From an uncultured Verrucomicrobiae bacterium (GTDB lineage Bacteria > Verrucomicrobiota > Verrucomicrobiia > Chthoniobacterales > JAATET01): a stretch of 64,000 nucleotides of DNA. A model generated the notes under the pieces. That model did not search any database and was not told the origin of the DNA. It saw nothing but the letters and a program-made list of their open reading frames with translations. The stretch covers positions 160,001-224,000 of the forward strand of contig CAVRCI010000004.1 of assembly GCA_963719495.1 (NCBI GenBank), given 5' to 3'. The translations under genes and the position numbers were made by a program. Positions 1 to 8,933 of this stretch are shown one piece after another; the stretch's first letter is position 1; every line of letters starts with the position of its first letter.

Positions 1-19
1 GCTTCCCTACCTTGCCGGG

Positions 20-157
20 TCACGTTTCCGGTGGTTCGGTGCCGTGGAGTTTTTCGGTCTCGCCGGGGGTGGTGAGGACTCGGTGGACGCACCAGATGAA
101 AAGGGTGGTGACGGCTCCGACGGAGCCGAGCATGACGAGCCAGCCTCCGACGGTCAT
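20..157 (-). CDS. small single-TM membrane protein (45 aa), probable NSS-transporter small partner subunit
   Basis: [45 protein letters not shown]. The ATG overlaps the transporter TGA (ATGA, 154-157). One hydrophobic helix. Confidence 0.65.
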   Translation of the reverse strand: MTVGGWLVMLGSVGAVTTLFIWCVHRVLTTPGETEKLHGTEPPET

Positions 158-1899
158 GACTCGGTCTCCTCGATGGGGTCGACTGGTGGGCGGCCCTGGT
201 AGGCGGCTCCGCGGGCGATGAGCATGGCGACGAAGGTGCCGAAGGCGAGGACGAGGAGAACGCTCATCCAGGCGACGGGGTTGGGGTCGATGAAGAGGTC
301 TTGCACGTAGCCGCTGACCTCGGCGGGGCCGCCGCCGAGCTTGTAGCCGATGATGTTCTCCAAGGTCCAGAGGGTGAAAATGACGATCAGGAAGACGGGG
401 CAGAGGTATTTCATGATCCAGCGGAAGATGCGCGGGATGCGGATGGTGGCTCCTTCGTGGGCGGCGGCGAGGCCGCGGTCGACGCCGAAGTTCCAGCTGA
501 AGAAAATGATTTGGACGGTGGCGAGGATGAAAATGAGGAAGGTGCCGACCCAAAAGTCGAGGGTGTCGAGGGCCTTGGCTCCCTGGCTGAAATAGACGAC
601 GAAGCCGCTGCCAAGGGCGGTAATGAGGCCGAGGAAGGCGACGCTCTGTCGGCGGCCGATGCCGAGGGCTTCTTCGAGGAAGGCGATCCCGGGCTGGAGC
701 ATACTGAGGGAGCTGGTGACGGCGGCAAGGAAGAGGAGGAAGAAAAACAGAAAGCCGAAGAGTGAGCCGGCGGGCATTTGCGAGAAGACCATCGGCAGGA
801 CGTTGAAGCCGAGGCCGAACGTGGACTGGCCGGCCACGCCCGCGAGACCGAGGAAGGCGACGCCGGCCGGGAGGGTGATGAGTCCGCCGAGCGCGACCTC
901 GCAGAACTCGTTGGCGCTGGTGGCGGTGAGGCCGCTGAGGACGACGTCGTCTTTGCGCCGCAGGTAGCTGGCGTAGGTGATGATGACACCGAAGCCGACG
1001 CTGAGGGAGAAGAAGATCTGGCCGGCGGCGGCGAGCCAGAGGCCGGGCTTGAGCAGTTGCTCCCCGATGCCGATGACGCGGACCTGGCGGTCGGGGTCGT
1101 CGACGGGGCCGTCGTATTCGGCGCGGGCGGCGGCGATCGGAGCGGCACCGATGATCTCGCGGTCGGGGATCCATTGGCCGTCGACCAGTTGCTCGACGAC
1201 GACTTTGTGGGGGTTCCACATGAAGCCGAGGCCGTTGTCGACGTTGCGCTGGGGCTCGGCGGGGTTGGGCGTGCCGAGGGTGAGGACGCGGACGAGGGTG
1301 ACGATCGCGAGGATGACGAGGGCGGGCATTGCGAAGGTGCAGAAGAGTTCGATGCCTCGGGAAACGCCGCGGTAGATGAGGATGAAGTTGAGGAGGAAGG
1401 CGAAGCCGAGGTAGACGCCGACTTGCGTGAGGGAGAATCCGACGGCGGCTCCGTCGCCGGCGTCGCCGGTGAAGTGGTCAAAGAACGCTTTGGCCTGGCC
1501 GGCGTCGGTGAAGGCGATGTGGCCGAGGGCGAAGTTGGTGGCGTAACCGAGGCACCAGGCTTCGATGACGACGTAATACATGTAAATGATGACGGGGATG
1601 ACGACTCCGATGACGCCGAGATACTTCCCGTAGCGGGAGCGCGACATGGCGTGGAAGACGCCGGGGGAGCTGTTGAAGCCGCGCAGGCCGCCGTAGCGCC
1701 CCATGGTCCATTCGGCCCAGCAGATCGGGAGGCCAATGATGAGCAGGGAGATGAAATACGCCAACATGAAGGCACCGCCGCCGAATTGGGCGGCCTGGCC
1801 GGGGAAGCGCAGGAAATTTCCGAGGCCGACGGCGCTGCCGGCTACGGCGAGGATGACTCCGAAGCGGGAGTTCCATTTTTCGTTACGCTGGGTGTTCAT
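154..1899 (-). CDS. sodium-dependent transporter, neurotransmitter:sodium symporter (LeuT-like) family
   Basis: W-S-RFG...[34 protein letters not shown] and AAVTSSLS motifs. About 12 TM segments. Confidence 0.93.
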   Translation of the reverse strand: MNTQRNEKWNSRFGVILAVAGSAVGLGNFLRFPGQAAQFGGGAFMLAYFISLLIIGLPICWAEWTMGRYGGLRGFNSSPGVFHAMSRSRYGKYLGVIGVVIPVIIYMYYVVIEAWCLGYATNFALGHIAFTDAGQAKAFFDHFTGDAGDGAAVGFSLTQVGVYLGFAFLLNFILIYRGVSRGIELFCTFAMPALVILAIVTLVRVLTLGTPNPAEPQRNVDNGLGFMWNPHKVVVEQLVDGQWIPDREIIGAAPIAAARAEYDGPVDDPDRQVRVIGIGEQLLKPGLWLAAAGQIFFSLSVGFGVIITYASYLRRKDDVVLSGLTATSANEFCEVALGGLITLPAGVAFLGLAGVAGQSTFGLGFNVLPMVFSQMPAGSLFGFLFFFLLFLAAVTSSLSMLQPGIAFLEEALGIGRRQSVAFLGLITALGSGFVVYFSQGAKALDTLDFWVGTFLIFILATVQIIFFSWNFGVDRGLAAAHEGATIRIPRIFRWIMKYLCPVFLIVIFTLWTLENIIGYKLGGGPAEVSGYVQDLFIDPNPVAWMSVLLVLAFGTFVAMLIARGAAYQGRPPVDPIEETES

Positions 1900-1959
1900 T
1901 GCTGCTGGGGGCTTTTGGTGGGAGGAGCAGTTCTTGGGCCGCTTGGGGGTGATTGGTTA

Positions 1960-3081
1960 CTAGTGAATGGTGATTGGTGGAGCTTGACGGGGGCGGCGCT
2001 TTGGCTTCGCCAAATTCGCCGGGGTTCGGCGGCTGGAAGCCGCCGCTCCTCGAGGTGTGGTTTTTAGGCGGGGGTTCATGGTTTTGAACCAGAGGCTGGG
2101 GATCAGGGCGACCATGGTCATGACTGGGTAGCCGTGGGGGAGGGTCATGGCTTGGCTGCTGGCCCTTTGTTTTTGGTAGTGCTGGGTGGGGCTTTGGTGG
2201 TGGTGGCTGTGGCGGGGGAGGTTGAAGAGGAGGTAGTTGCTGGCGTGGAAGTCGCAGTCCCAGCAGTTGGCGGCGGTGAGTGCGGCGGGTTGGCCGGTTG
2301 GCGTGGTGGCCCGGAGGAGGCCGTAGTGTTGGAGGTATCCGGTCATCCAGAGCGTCCAGACGCCGAGCGCGCCTTGGAGGATGTAGAAAAGGGCGGTGAG
2401 GGGGCCGAAGGTGACGAGGATCGTAAGGGCGACGATGAGGGAGAAGGTGAAGGTTCGGGTGACTCGGTTGCGGAGGGTGAGGCTGGTGGTTTTGAGGCGG
2501 CGTTGTTCGAGGTGGTAGGCCTCGATGGCGCTGCCGACGGCGGCGCGGACGACGAAGTCGTAGCTGGTCTGGCCGACGTGCGAGAGGGACGGGTCGGCCT
2601 TGGTCGCGGTGATGCGGGGGTTGTGGTGGATGAAGACGTGGTCGATGGCGAAGCTGCCGTAGTTCGTGAGGACGAGGAGGGCTTGGCCGAGGAAGCGGTC
2701 GGGCTTGCTGGCTTTGTGGAGCAGCTCGTGGGCGCAGCAGATGGCGGCTCCGGACAGAGCGACGCCGAAGGAGAGGGTGAAGAGGATTTGGTCGAACGGG
2801 GCGAGGCCGCTGAAGATCGTGACGGCCCAGGCGAGGGCGGCGACGTGGGTGAGCGCGGCGATCGTGACGATGGCTTGGAAGACGGGGGAGTGGTCGACGA
2901 CGTCGGGGTCGAGGCCATTGCCGCGACCGAAGATGTGGTCGGCGAGCGCGCCGAAGACGAAGTAGACGATGAGGGGGGCGAGGATCGCGAGGCCGCCGAT
3001 CTGCGTGCCGAAGTAGAGGGAGACGGGGAAGAGGAGAGCGGCGGCGTAGGGCAGGGGGGCTAGGTGGTGGGTTGCTGGCAA
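1960..3081 (-). CDS. membrane di-iron hydroxylase/desaturase, alkane 1-monooxygenase (AlkB)-like
   Basis: His boxes HELLHK, DHVFIHH, YLQHYGL, LPRHSHHH. LPHGYP...LIPSLWFKTMNP C-terminus as in AlkB. TTG start uncertain. Confidence 0.8.
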   Translation of the reverse strand: MPATHHLAPLPYAAALLFPVSLYFGTQIGGLAILAPLIVYFVFGALADHIFGRGNGLDPDVVDHSPVFQAIVTIAALTHVAALAWAVTIFSGLAPFDQILFTLSFGVALSGAAICCAHELLHKASKPDRFLGQALLVLTNYGSFAIDHVFIHHNPRITATKADPSLSHVGQTSYDFVVRAAVGSAIEAYHLEQRRLKTTSLTLRNRVTRTFTFSLIVALTILVTFGPLTALFYILQGALGVWTLWMTGYLQHYGLLRATTPTGQPAALTAANCWDCDFHASNYLLFNLPRHSHHHQSPTQHYQKQRASSQAMTLPHGYPVMTMVALIPSLWFKTMNPRLKTTPRGAAASSRRTPANLAKPKRRPRQAPPITIH

Positions 3082-3225
3082 AATTTCGGTTGGTTGGTGA
3101 GAGGTTCGGGATGCGGTTTGCGGTTTGCGGGATACGGGATGCGGTTTGCGGCTTCGCCGTTTTGTTACGAGGTCCCGAGCTGGAAGCTCGGGACTGCGGG
3201 CTGGAAGCCCGCGCTCCCCGGCTCG

Positions 3226-4359
3226 CTACGCTAGCGCTTTGATGATTCGGTCCATTTCTTCTTTCGTGTTGTAGTAGTGGGGGCTGAAACGGAGCCAGGC
3301 GCTGCCGTTTCTCGCGTTTCGGAGGGAGGCGGTGATCTGGGCGTCTTCGAGGCGTTTGAACTGGGCGGCGGGGTCTTCGGTGGGATTGCGGGTGGTGACG
3401 ATGCCGCAGCGGAGGGGTTCGTCGTTGCCGGGGGAGAGGAATTCGTAGCCGCGGAGGGCGAGTTGCTCGTGGAGGTAGTCGCGGGTCTCGAGGATGCGGC
3501 GGGAGACTTCGGCGGGGCCGGTCTCGTGGATGAGCCGGAGGGCGGCGACCATGCCATACATGCCGGTGACGTTGAGGACACCGGGTTCGTAGCGTTGCGC
3601 GGTGTCGGGGAATTCGATGGCGTCCTGAGTGATGAAGTTCGGACTCTTGACGTTCCAAGCGCCGAGGAGGGTGGGGCGGCAGGTGGCGAAGTGTTCTTTG
3701 GCGACGTAGACGATGCCGATGGCGAGGGGGCCGAGCATCCACTTGTGGGCGTCGGCGCTGAGGAAATCGACGTGGTCGACGGTGGTCGGGAAGGCGCCGA
3801 GGGTCTGGATGGCGTCGAGGGAGAAGAGGGCTCCGTGGTCGTGGACGAGGCGACCGATGGCGTTGATGTCGATGCGCCAGCCGGTGAGGAAGTGGCAGGA
3901 GGCGAGGGCGACGAGCTTGGTCTTCGGCGTGAGGACGGCGGCGACGTTCTCGACGGTGATGCGGCCGAGGGCGTCGGGTTCGACGTAGGCGATCTTCACG
4001 CCGAGGCGTTCGAGATTCGTCCACGGGTAGACGTTGGCGGGGTAGTCGTCGCGGTAGCAGACGAGTTCGTCGCCGGGCTGCCAGTCGAGGCCGTTGGCGA
4101 AGAGGCTCAGACCGAGGGAGGTGGGGCCCAGGAGGGCGATTTCGTCGGGGTGGGCACCGATGGCGGTGGCGCAGACCTGGCGGGCGGCGGTGATGTCGCG
4201 GAGGACGTCGCCGAATTCCTGGTGGTTCTCGCAGGACCGGCGGACGTGGTCGTGCATGGCGTCGGCGACGGCGCGGGGGAGGGCGGTGACTCCGGCGTGG
4301 CCGACGAAGACGCGGGCGGCGGCGACGGGAAACTCGTGGAGGCGGTCGGATTCGGTCAT
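3226..4359 (-). CDS. PLP-dependent aminotransferase class V (cysteine desulfurase/isopenicillin N epimerase-like)
   Basis: LDAIQTLG, DFLSADAHKWMLGP (PLP lysine), RFSPHYYNT. ATG at 4359 overlaps the upstream TGA. Confidence 0.9.
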   Translation of the reverse strand: MTESDRLHEFPVAAARVFVGHAGVTALPRAVADAMHDHVRRSCENHQEFGDVLRDITAARQVCATAIGAHPDEIALLGPTSLGLSLFANGLDWQPGDELVCYRDDYPANVYPWTNLERLGVKIAYVEPDALGRITVENVAAVLTPKTKLVALASCHFLTGWRIDINAIGRLVHDHGALFSLDAIQTLGAFPTTVDHVDFLSADAHKWMLGPLAIGIVYVAKEHFATCRPTLLGAWNVKSPNFITQDAIEFPDTAQRYEPGVLNVTGMYGMVAALRLIHETGPAEVSRRILETRDYLHEQLALRGYEFLSPGNDEPLRCGIVTTRNPTEDPAAQFKRLEDAQITASLRNARNGSAWLRFSPHYYNTKEEMDRIIKALA

Positions 4360-4718
4360 GTCGATTTTTTCTCCGCTTCCTTGATGAGGTCCCAGAAGCC
4401 GTGGTGTTCGCCGAGGGCTTCGTCTTCTTCGGTCATCGGGAGGTTGGAGCGGTAGAGGAAGTCGCGGATGGTGTTCTTGTGGAGGACGCGGTGGACTTCG
4501 AGGCCGTCGGGGTGCGGGCCGAAGTAGATGCGGTAGTCGTGGGCGCGGCAACGGTGGAGGGCCTGGCCGTCGCGGTGGACGCTACCGAAGCGGGCGGGGT
4601 CGAGGTTTTCGAGATTCTCGGGGAGGACCTGGAATTCGAAAAGCAGTTCGAGCTGCAGCTCTTTGGGCAGCGCGGCCATCTCGGCGGCGCTGATCTCGTT
4701 GAAGATCACCTGAAACAC
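4356..4718 (-). CDS. RelE/ParE-fold-like protein (120 aa)
   Basis: GTG start. FQVIFNEISAAEM...LHRCRAHDYRIYF...EVHRVLHK resembles the RelE pattern. Translationally coupled to the aminotransferase. Confidence 0.6.
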   Translation of the reverse strand: MFQVIFNEISAAEMAALPKELQLELLFEFQVLPENLENLDPARFGSVHRDGQALHRCRAHDYRIYFGPHPDGLEVHRVLHKNTIRDFLYRSNLPMTEEDEALGEHHGFWDLIKEAEKKST

Positions 4719-4842
4719 GGTGCGAAGGGTAATGCGGAATTTGAAATGGGGAATGAGAAATGGGTGACTGAGTTCCGGGGCGTCCTGAGTGATGGGGGTT
4801 CGGGCTTGTTGGGTGGTGGTGGGGCGGGTAGGTTTCTCTCCG

Positions 4843-5328
4843 ATGTCGGAGCGGGCGGAGCATTGGGAGTATTTCCAGGACTTGTATCGGTTTGCGATGG
4901 TTCTGATGGCCGACTCGGACCGGGCGATGGGTGTGGTGACGGAGGCTCTGGAGGACGCGCTGCGGCGGCCGCGGAGCCACGGGGACTTGGATCGACTGCT
5001 GACCCTGCTTTTCAAGGAAGTGCGGGAGCGGGCGCTGCGGACGGATGAGGGGCGGGCGACGGTGGCTGGGCGCCGGGGGAAGGATCCGGATTTGCCGGAG
5101 AATGCGGCGGATGCGCTGGGGCCTACGGTTGATGATGACGTGAGGTCGGCGATCCGGGGACTTGCGGAGCCGGGGAGATCGGCGCTTGCGTTGTTGTATC
5201 TGGACGTGCTCGAGCCGGAGGAGATTCAGAGGATTCTCGGGGTGACGGACGCCGGATTGGCGGATTTGTTGGGTGGGGCGCGCGCTGGGCTTCATGGCTC
5301 GGTCGCGCTGGGGGCGGCGGTCGAATGA
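4843..5328 (+). CDS. ECF-type RNA polymerase sigma factor (degenerate region 2)
   Basis: LYRFAMVLM (region 2-like) and AIRGLAEPGRSALALLYLDVLEPEEIQRILG (region 4-like). Coupled to a downstream TM protein. Confidence 0.6.
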   Translation: MSERAEHWEYFQDLYRFAMVLMADSDRAMGVVTEALEDALRRPRSHGDLDRLLTLLFKEVRERALRTDEGRATVAGRRGKDPDLPENAADALGPTVDDDVRSAIRGLAEPGRSALALLYLDVLEPEEIQRILGVTDAGLADLLGGARAGLHGSVALGAAVE

Positions 5329-6122
5329 ACCTGAAACGGGCGAAACAGGTGTTGCGCTGCGCTGGGCCGCACAGCGAAGAACACGCGAGACGTGAATTGA
5401 AGGAGGCGCTTGCGGAGGCGGAGCGGTCGCCGGAATTGGCGGGAGCTTACGCGAATCAGCTGGCTTTCGACCGGGCGGCGGCGGGGGCGGTGCGCGTGGA
5501 AGTGCCGCCGGGGGTGGCGACGGCGCTGACGGGATACGGCGAACGATTCTCGGAGCGGCGACCGGCGTTTCGGCTGTCGGTGCATAATCCGGCGGCGGTG
5601 GCGGTTGGCGCCGCGTTTCTGGTGCTGGTTTGCTTGCTTGCTTGGATTTTTTTGGCGAACGCGGGGGGCTTCGCGGGAATGCGGGAGGTGACCGAGTTGG
5701 CGCTGGCTGGTGGAAGGGCGGAGGCGGGGCAATTCGATCCGCTGGAGGCGAAGGCTTCGGCTCTGGGTGATTGGTTTGTCCTGGAGGGTTTCGATGGGTT
5801 CCGGGTGCCGGAGGAACTGGCGGAATACGGGGCAGTCGGGGTGCGGCTTTACCGGCACGAGGGGGAAGCGGTAGCCTCGGCGGCGGTGCCGATCGGCGGG
5901 AGGCGGGCGTTTTTCTATTCGTTCGACGCGCATCCGTTTGGCGTGTCGGTGACGCCGGAGGGGGCTTGGCGGGTGGCGGAGTTTGGACCGAATGACGAGT
6001 TTGTGCTGGGGATCCGGGAAGTGGGGGCGAAGTGCTTTGTGGTGAGTTTCCGAGGGACGCGGGGGGAGATGGAGGCTTTGCTTGGTGGGGGCGGTGGTGA
6101 GGGGAGTGCGGCTTCGCCTTAG
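5325..6122 (+). CDS. single-TM putative anti-sigma factor
   Basis: ATGA overlap with the sigma gene. Helical N-terminus, TM segment (AVAVGAAFLVLVCLLAWIFLA), extracytoplasmic domain. Confidence 0.55.
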   Translation: MNLKRAKQVLRCAGPHSEEHARRELKEALAEAERSPELAGAYANQLAFDRAAAGAVRVEVPPGVATALTGYGERFSERRPAFRLSVHNPAAVAVGAAFLVLVCLLAWIFLANAGGFAGMREVTELALAGGRAEAGQFDPLEAKASALGDWFVLEGFDGFRVPEELAEYGAVGVRLYRHEGEAVASAAVPIGGRRAFFYSFDAHPFGVSVTPEGAWRVAEFGPNDEFVLGIREVGAKCFVVSFRGTRGEMEALLGGGGGEGSAASP

Positions 6123-6161
6123 GGTTGGACGGACGGGTGGAAGCCGTCGCCCCTTGATGTT

Positions 6162-6239
6162 CGGCTCTCTCGCTTTGCTCGGATTGCCGGGTGCCGCGGC
6201 GGGACGCCGCGGCTCGCACGCGGGACGCGTGCGATCCCC
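6162..6239. repeat. dispersed REP-like double-hairpin element, copy 1
   Basis: GCCGCGGC-GGGAC-GCCGCGGC plus CGCACGC-GGGAC-GCGTGCG. Close copies at 26400, 31157 and 56722. Confidence 0.85.
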
Positions 6240-6242
6240 ACC

Positions 6243-6665
6243 CTATTTTTTCAAGGCGTCGCGGATTTGGGTTAGGAGGACGACTTCCTCCGTGGGGGCT
6301 GGGGGGGCGGGTTTGGGTTTGGCTTCTTCTTCGCGTTTGATGCGGTTGATGAGGCGGACGACGGTGAAGACGCAGAGGGCGACGATGAAGAAGGTGAGGA
6401 GGGTGTTGATGAATTCTCCGTAGGCGATGATGCCGAGCGGGCGGGCCTTCTCGATGTCGCTGGCTTGGGCGGCGGCTTCGGTGAGGGGGATGTAGAGTTC
6501 CTTGAAGGGGACCTTGGAAGTGATGAGGCCGATGGGGGGCATGACGACGTCGTCGACGAGGGATTTGACGATGCCGCCGAAGGCTCCGCCGATGACGACG
6601 CCGACGGCGAGATCGATGACGTTGCCGCGGGCGATAAATTCCTTGAATTCGGTGACGAAGCTCAT
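6243..6665 (-). CDS. mscL: large-conductance mechanosensitive channel
   Basis: EFKEFIARGNVIDLAVGVVIGGAFGGIVKSLVDD...LLTQIRDALKK. Confidence 0.97.
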   Translation of the reverse strand: MSFVTEFKEFIARGNVIDLAVGVVIGGAFGGIVKSLVDDVVMPPIGLITSKVPFKELYIPLTEAAAQASDIEKARPLGIIAYGEFINTLLTFFIVALCVFTVVRLINRIKREEEAKPKPAPPAPTEEVVLLTQIRDALKK

Positions 6666-6680
6666 GGGCGGCGGTTTATG

Positions 6681-7751
6681 TCAGGTTTCGTAGCGCTGGG
6701 CCATCGCTTTTGCGGCGGCGGCGATGCGGCGGCGGAGGGCGGCGGGCCGGAGGACTTCGGCGTGGGCGCCCCAGCCGAGGATCCAATTCTCGAGGTCGGG
6801 CGCGGGGGAGACTTCGATCGTGAGGTCGGCGGTGCCGTCGCGGCGGTGGTGGATTTCCTGGCTGGTGTGCCATTTTCGCTCGGCGGCGAGGCGGGAGGCG
6901 AAGGCGTCGAGGCGAACGGTGATGGTCTGAACCTCGGCGGTCTGGAAGGCGGAAAAGCTGCCGGCAAACATGTCGCTGACCGAGAAATCCGCGGGGCGCT
7001 CGAAGGTGTCGCCGGTGGTCGCGACGGCGTGGAGGCGGGCGATGGCGAAGGTGCGGAGGGCGTCGCGGTCGACGTCGTGGCCGATGAGATACCACTGGTT
7101 GGCGAGGCAGCCGAGGTGGTAGGGGCGGACGTGGCGGCGAGCGGCGGCGGGTCCCTGGAGGGATTGGTAATCGAAGTGGACGGTGCGGCGGTGGAGGACG
7201 GCTTCGGCGAGGGTCTGGAAGGCGTCGAGTTCGGTGACGGCGACGCCTTGGGGGCGGAACGAGATGGCGTCGGTGAGTTCGTGGAGGGCGATGCCGCTCT
7301 CGCCTTCGAGGCCGGCGGCGAGTTTGGAGAAGGCGGACTGGAGGGGACGCTCGAAGGCGGTGCCGCGGTATTGCTCGACGGCTTTCTGGGCGATGAGGAG
7401 GGCGACGAGTTCGCCGTGGCTGACTTGGACGGTCGGGAAGCTAGTGACGGATTCCGTGTAGTGGAAGCCGTGGGCGACGCGGTCGTAGGCGATGGGGAGA
7501 TTGAGCTGGTCGCGCATGAAGTCGACGTCGCGCTGGATCGTCTTGGGAGCGACTTCCATCGTGCGGGCGAGGCGCTGGCAGTTGGGATACGAGCCTTCGC
7601 GGAGGAGATTGTGGATGCCGAGCATGCGGGCCAGTGGCGGGCGCGCGGTGGGGGACAATTTCGCCGGTCGGCGATCCTCCCGATTAAACGTAACGGCCGT
7701 TACGTTTAATCGGGGGGGATCGAGGGAATTTTTTTTGGATTTCTTTGGCAT
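6681..7751 (-). CDS. WYL-domain transcriptional regulator (wHTH-WYL-WCX; PafB/PafC/DriD-like)
   Basis: HTH LARTMEVAPKTIQRDVDFMRD; RHVRPYHL...QWYLIGHD...RTFAIARL; WCX WILGWGAHAEVLRPAALR. Confidence 0.92.
   Translation of the reverse strand: MPKKSKKNSLDPPRLNVTAVTFNREDRRPAKLSPTARPPLARMLGIHNLLREGSYPNCQRLARTMEVAPKTIQRDVDFMRDQLNLPIAYDRVAHGFHYTESVTSFPTVQVSHGELVALLIAQKAVEQYRGTAFERPLQSAFSKLAAGLEGESGIALHELTDAISFRPQGVAVTELDAFQTLAEAVLHRRTVHFDYQSLQGPAAARRHVRPYHLGCLANQWYLIGHDVDRDALRTFAIARLHAVATTGDTFERPADFSVSDMFAGSFSAFQTAEVQTITVRLDAFASRLAAERKWHTSQEIHHRRDGTADLTIEVSPAPDLENWILGWGAHAEVLRPAALRRRIAAAAKAMAQRYET
7679..7714. repeat. perfect 36-bp palindrome, copy 1
   Basis: CCCGATTAAACGTAACGGCCGTTACGTTTAATCGGG. 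Extends imperfectly to about 7672-7722. Confidence 0.95.
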
Positions 7752-7773
7752 AGGACCACGGATGTCCTATGCC
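7747..7773. promoter_or_regulatory. putative WYL-regulator operator, GGCATAGGAC-N7-GTCCTATGCC
   Basis: Perfect 10-bp inverted repeat with a 7-nt spacer. Overlaps the WYL start codon and ends 21 nt before the divergent small ORF. Confidence 0.7.
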
Positions 7774-7794
7774 CGGCGGTAGGGTGGGTCCAGT

Positions 7795-7950
7795 ATGAAA
7801 AACCTATCCGCTCTCTTGAAAGCGCTCCGGCCCGCCGGTGCGGTGTATCAACAACTGGAACTGCCCCTCTCCGGGCGCGAACTCACCCGGCGCGAGTCGA
7901 CGTCGCTCGAGCGGTTGCGGAAGCTGCGTCAGCGAGTGGCGATGCTGTGA
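7795..7950 (+). CDS. unannotated 51-aa basic protein with QLELPL clamp-binding-like motif
   Basis: MKNLSALLKALRPAGAVYQQLELPLSGRELTRRESTSLERLRKLRQRVAML*. Below the ORF-track cutoff. Preceded by the operator and followed by a GC stem-loop. Confidence 0.6.
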   Translation: MKNLSALLKALRPAGAVYQQLELPLSGRELTRRESTSLERLRKLRQRVAML

Positions 7951-7966
7951 GGGGATGTTGGCGATG

Positions 7967-8012
7967 AGGGGGACCCTGGCTGGCGCGGTGACTCGCCGGG
8001 CGGGGTCTCCTT
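7967..8012 (+). terminator. GC-rich stem-loop downstream of the small ORF
   Basis: AGGGGGACCCTG...CGGGGTCTCCTT imperfect stem with an inner GGCG/CGCC stem. Weak U tract. Confidence 0.35.
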
Positions 8013-8081
8013 GCGTCGACCCTTACCAGGCCCAAGTTTTTCGGCTTTTGCATTTTCCCTTGATTCCGCGATGGTCGGTGG

Positions 8082-8933
8082 ATGAACCGACGGCGATTTC
8101 TACGGACGGCGGCCGGCCTGGCTCTCGGTGGTGGGCTGGTGGCACGAGCGGCTCGGACGGAGTCGTCGGTCTCGCGGGCGGGCGAGCGGGTGACGTTGGG
8201 AGCGACGGGGATCGAGGTGTCGCGGTTGGCGCTGGGGACGGGGTCGAACGGCTGGAACGGGCGGTCGAATCAGACGCGTCAATTGGGGATCGCGGGGGTG
8301 GCGGATCTTTTGGAGGAGGCGTTCGAGCGGGGGGTGAACTTCTGGGACGCGGCGGATCAATACGGGAGTCACCCGAATCTGGCGGCGGGATTGAAGCGGG
8401 TGCCGCGCGAGCAGGTGGTGATCCTGACGAAGTCGACGTCGGAGGACGCGGCGGGGATGCGGGCCGACATTGATCGATTCCGGAGGGAGTTGGGCACGGA
8501 CCGGATCGACGTTCTCCTTCTGCACTGCAAGACGAGTCCGAATTGGGTCGAGGAGTGCGCGGGGGCGATGGAGGTAATGAGCGACGCGAAGGAGCGGGGG
8601 ATCATCGGCGCGCACGGGGTGTCGTGTCATTCTTTCGCGGCGCTGGAGCTGGCGGCGCGGACGGATTGGGTGGACGTGGACCTGGCGCGGATCAATCCGG
8701 CGGGGGCGGTGATGGACGCGTCGCCGGAGCGGGTGCTGCCAGTGCTGGAGCGGATGCACGCTGACGGGAAGGGCGTGATCGGGATGAAGATCTTCGGCGC
8801 GGGGAAGTTGGTGAACCGGATGGACGAGTGCTTGCGCTACGTGATGGGGCAGGCGTGCGTGCCGACGTTTTCAATCGGGTGCGAGAGTCGGCGGGAGCTG
8901 CGCGAGGTGATGGCGGGGATCGAGCGGGCGTGA
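8082..8933 (+). CDS. aldo/keto reductase with Tat signal peptide
   Basis: MNRRRFLR Tat motif; VSRLALGT, FWDAADQYG, LGTDRIDVLLLH. Confidence 0.9.
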   Translation: MNRRRFLRTAAGLALGGGLVARAARTESSVSRAGERVTLGATGIEVSRLALGTGSNGWNGRSNQTRQLGIAGVADLLEEAFERGVNFWDAADQYGSHPNLAAGLKRVPREQVVILTKSTSEDAAGMRADIDRFRRELGTDRIDVLLLHCKTSPNWVEECAGAMEVMSDAKERGIIGAHGVSCHSFAALELAARTDWVDVDLARINPAGAVMDASPERVLPVLERMHADGKGVIGMKIFGAGKLVNRMDECLRYVMGQACVPTFSIGCESRRELREVMAGIERA

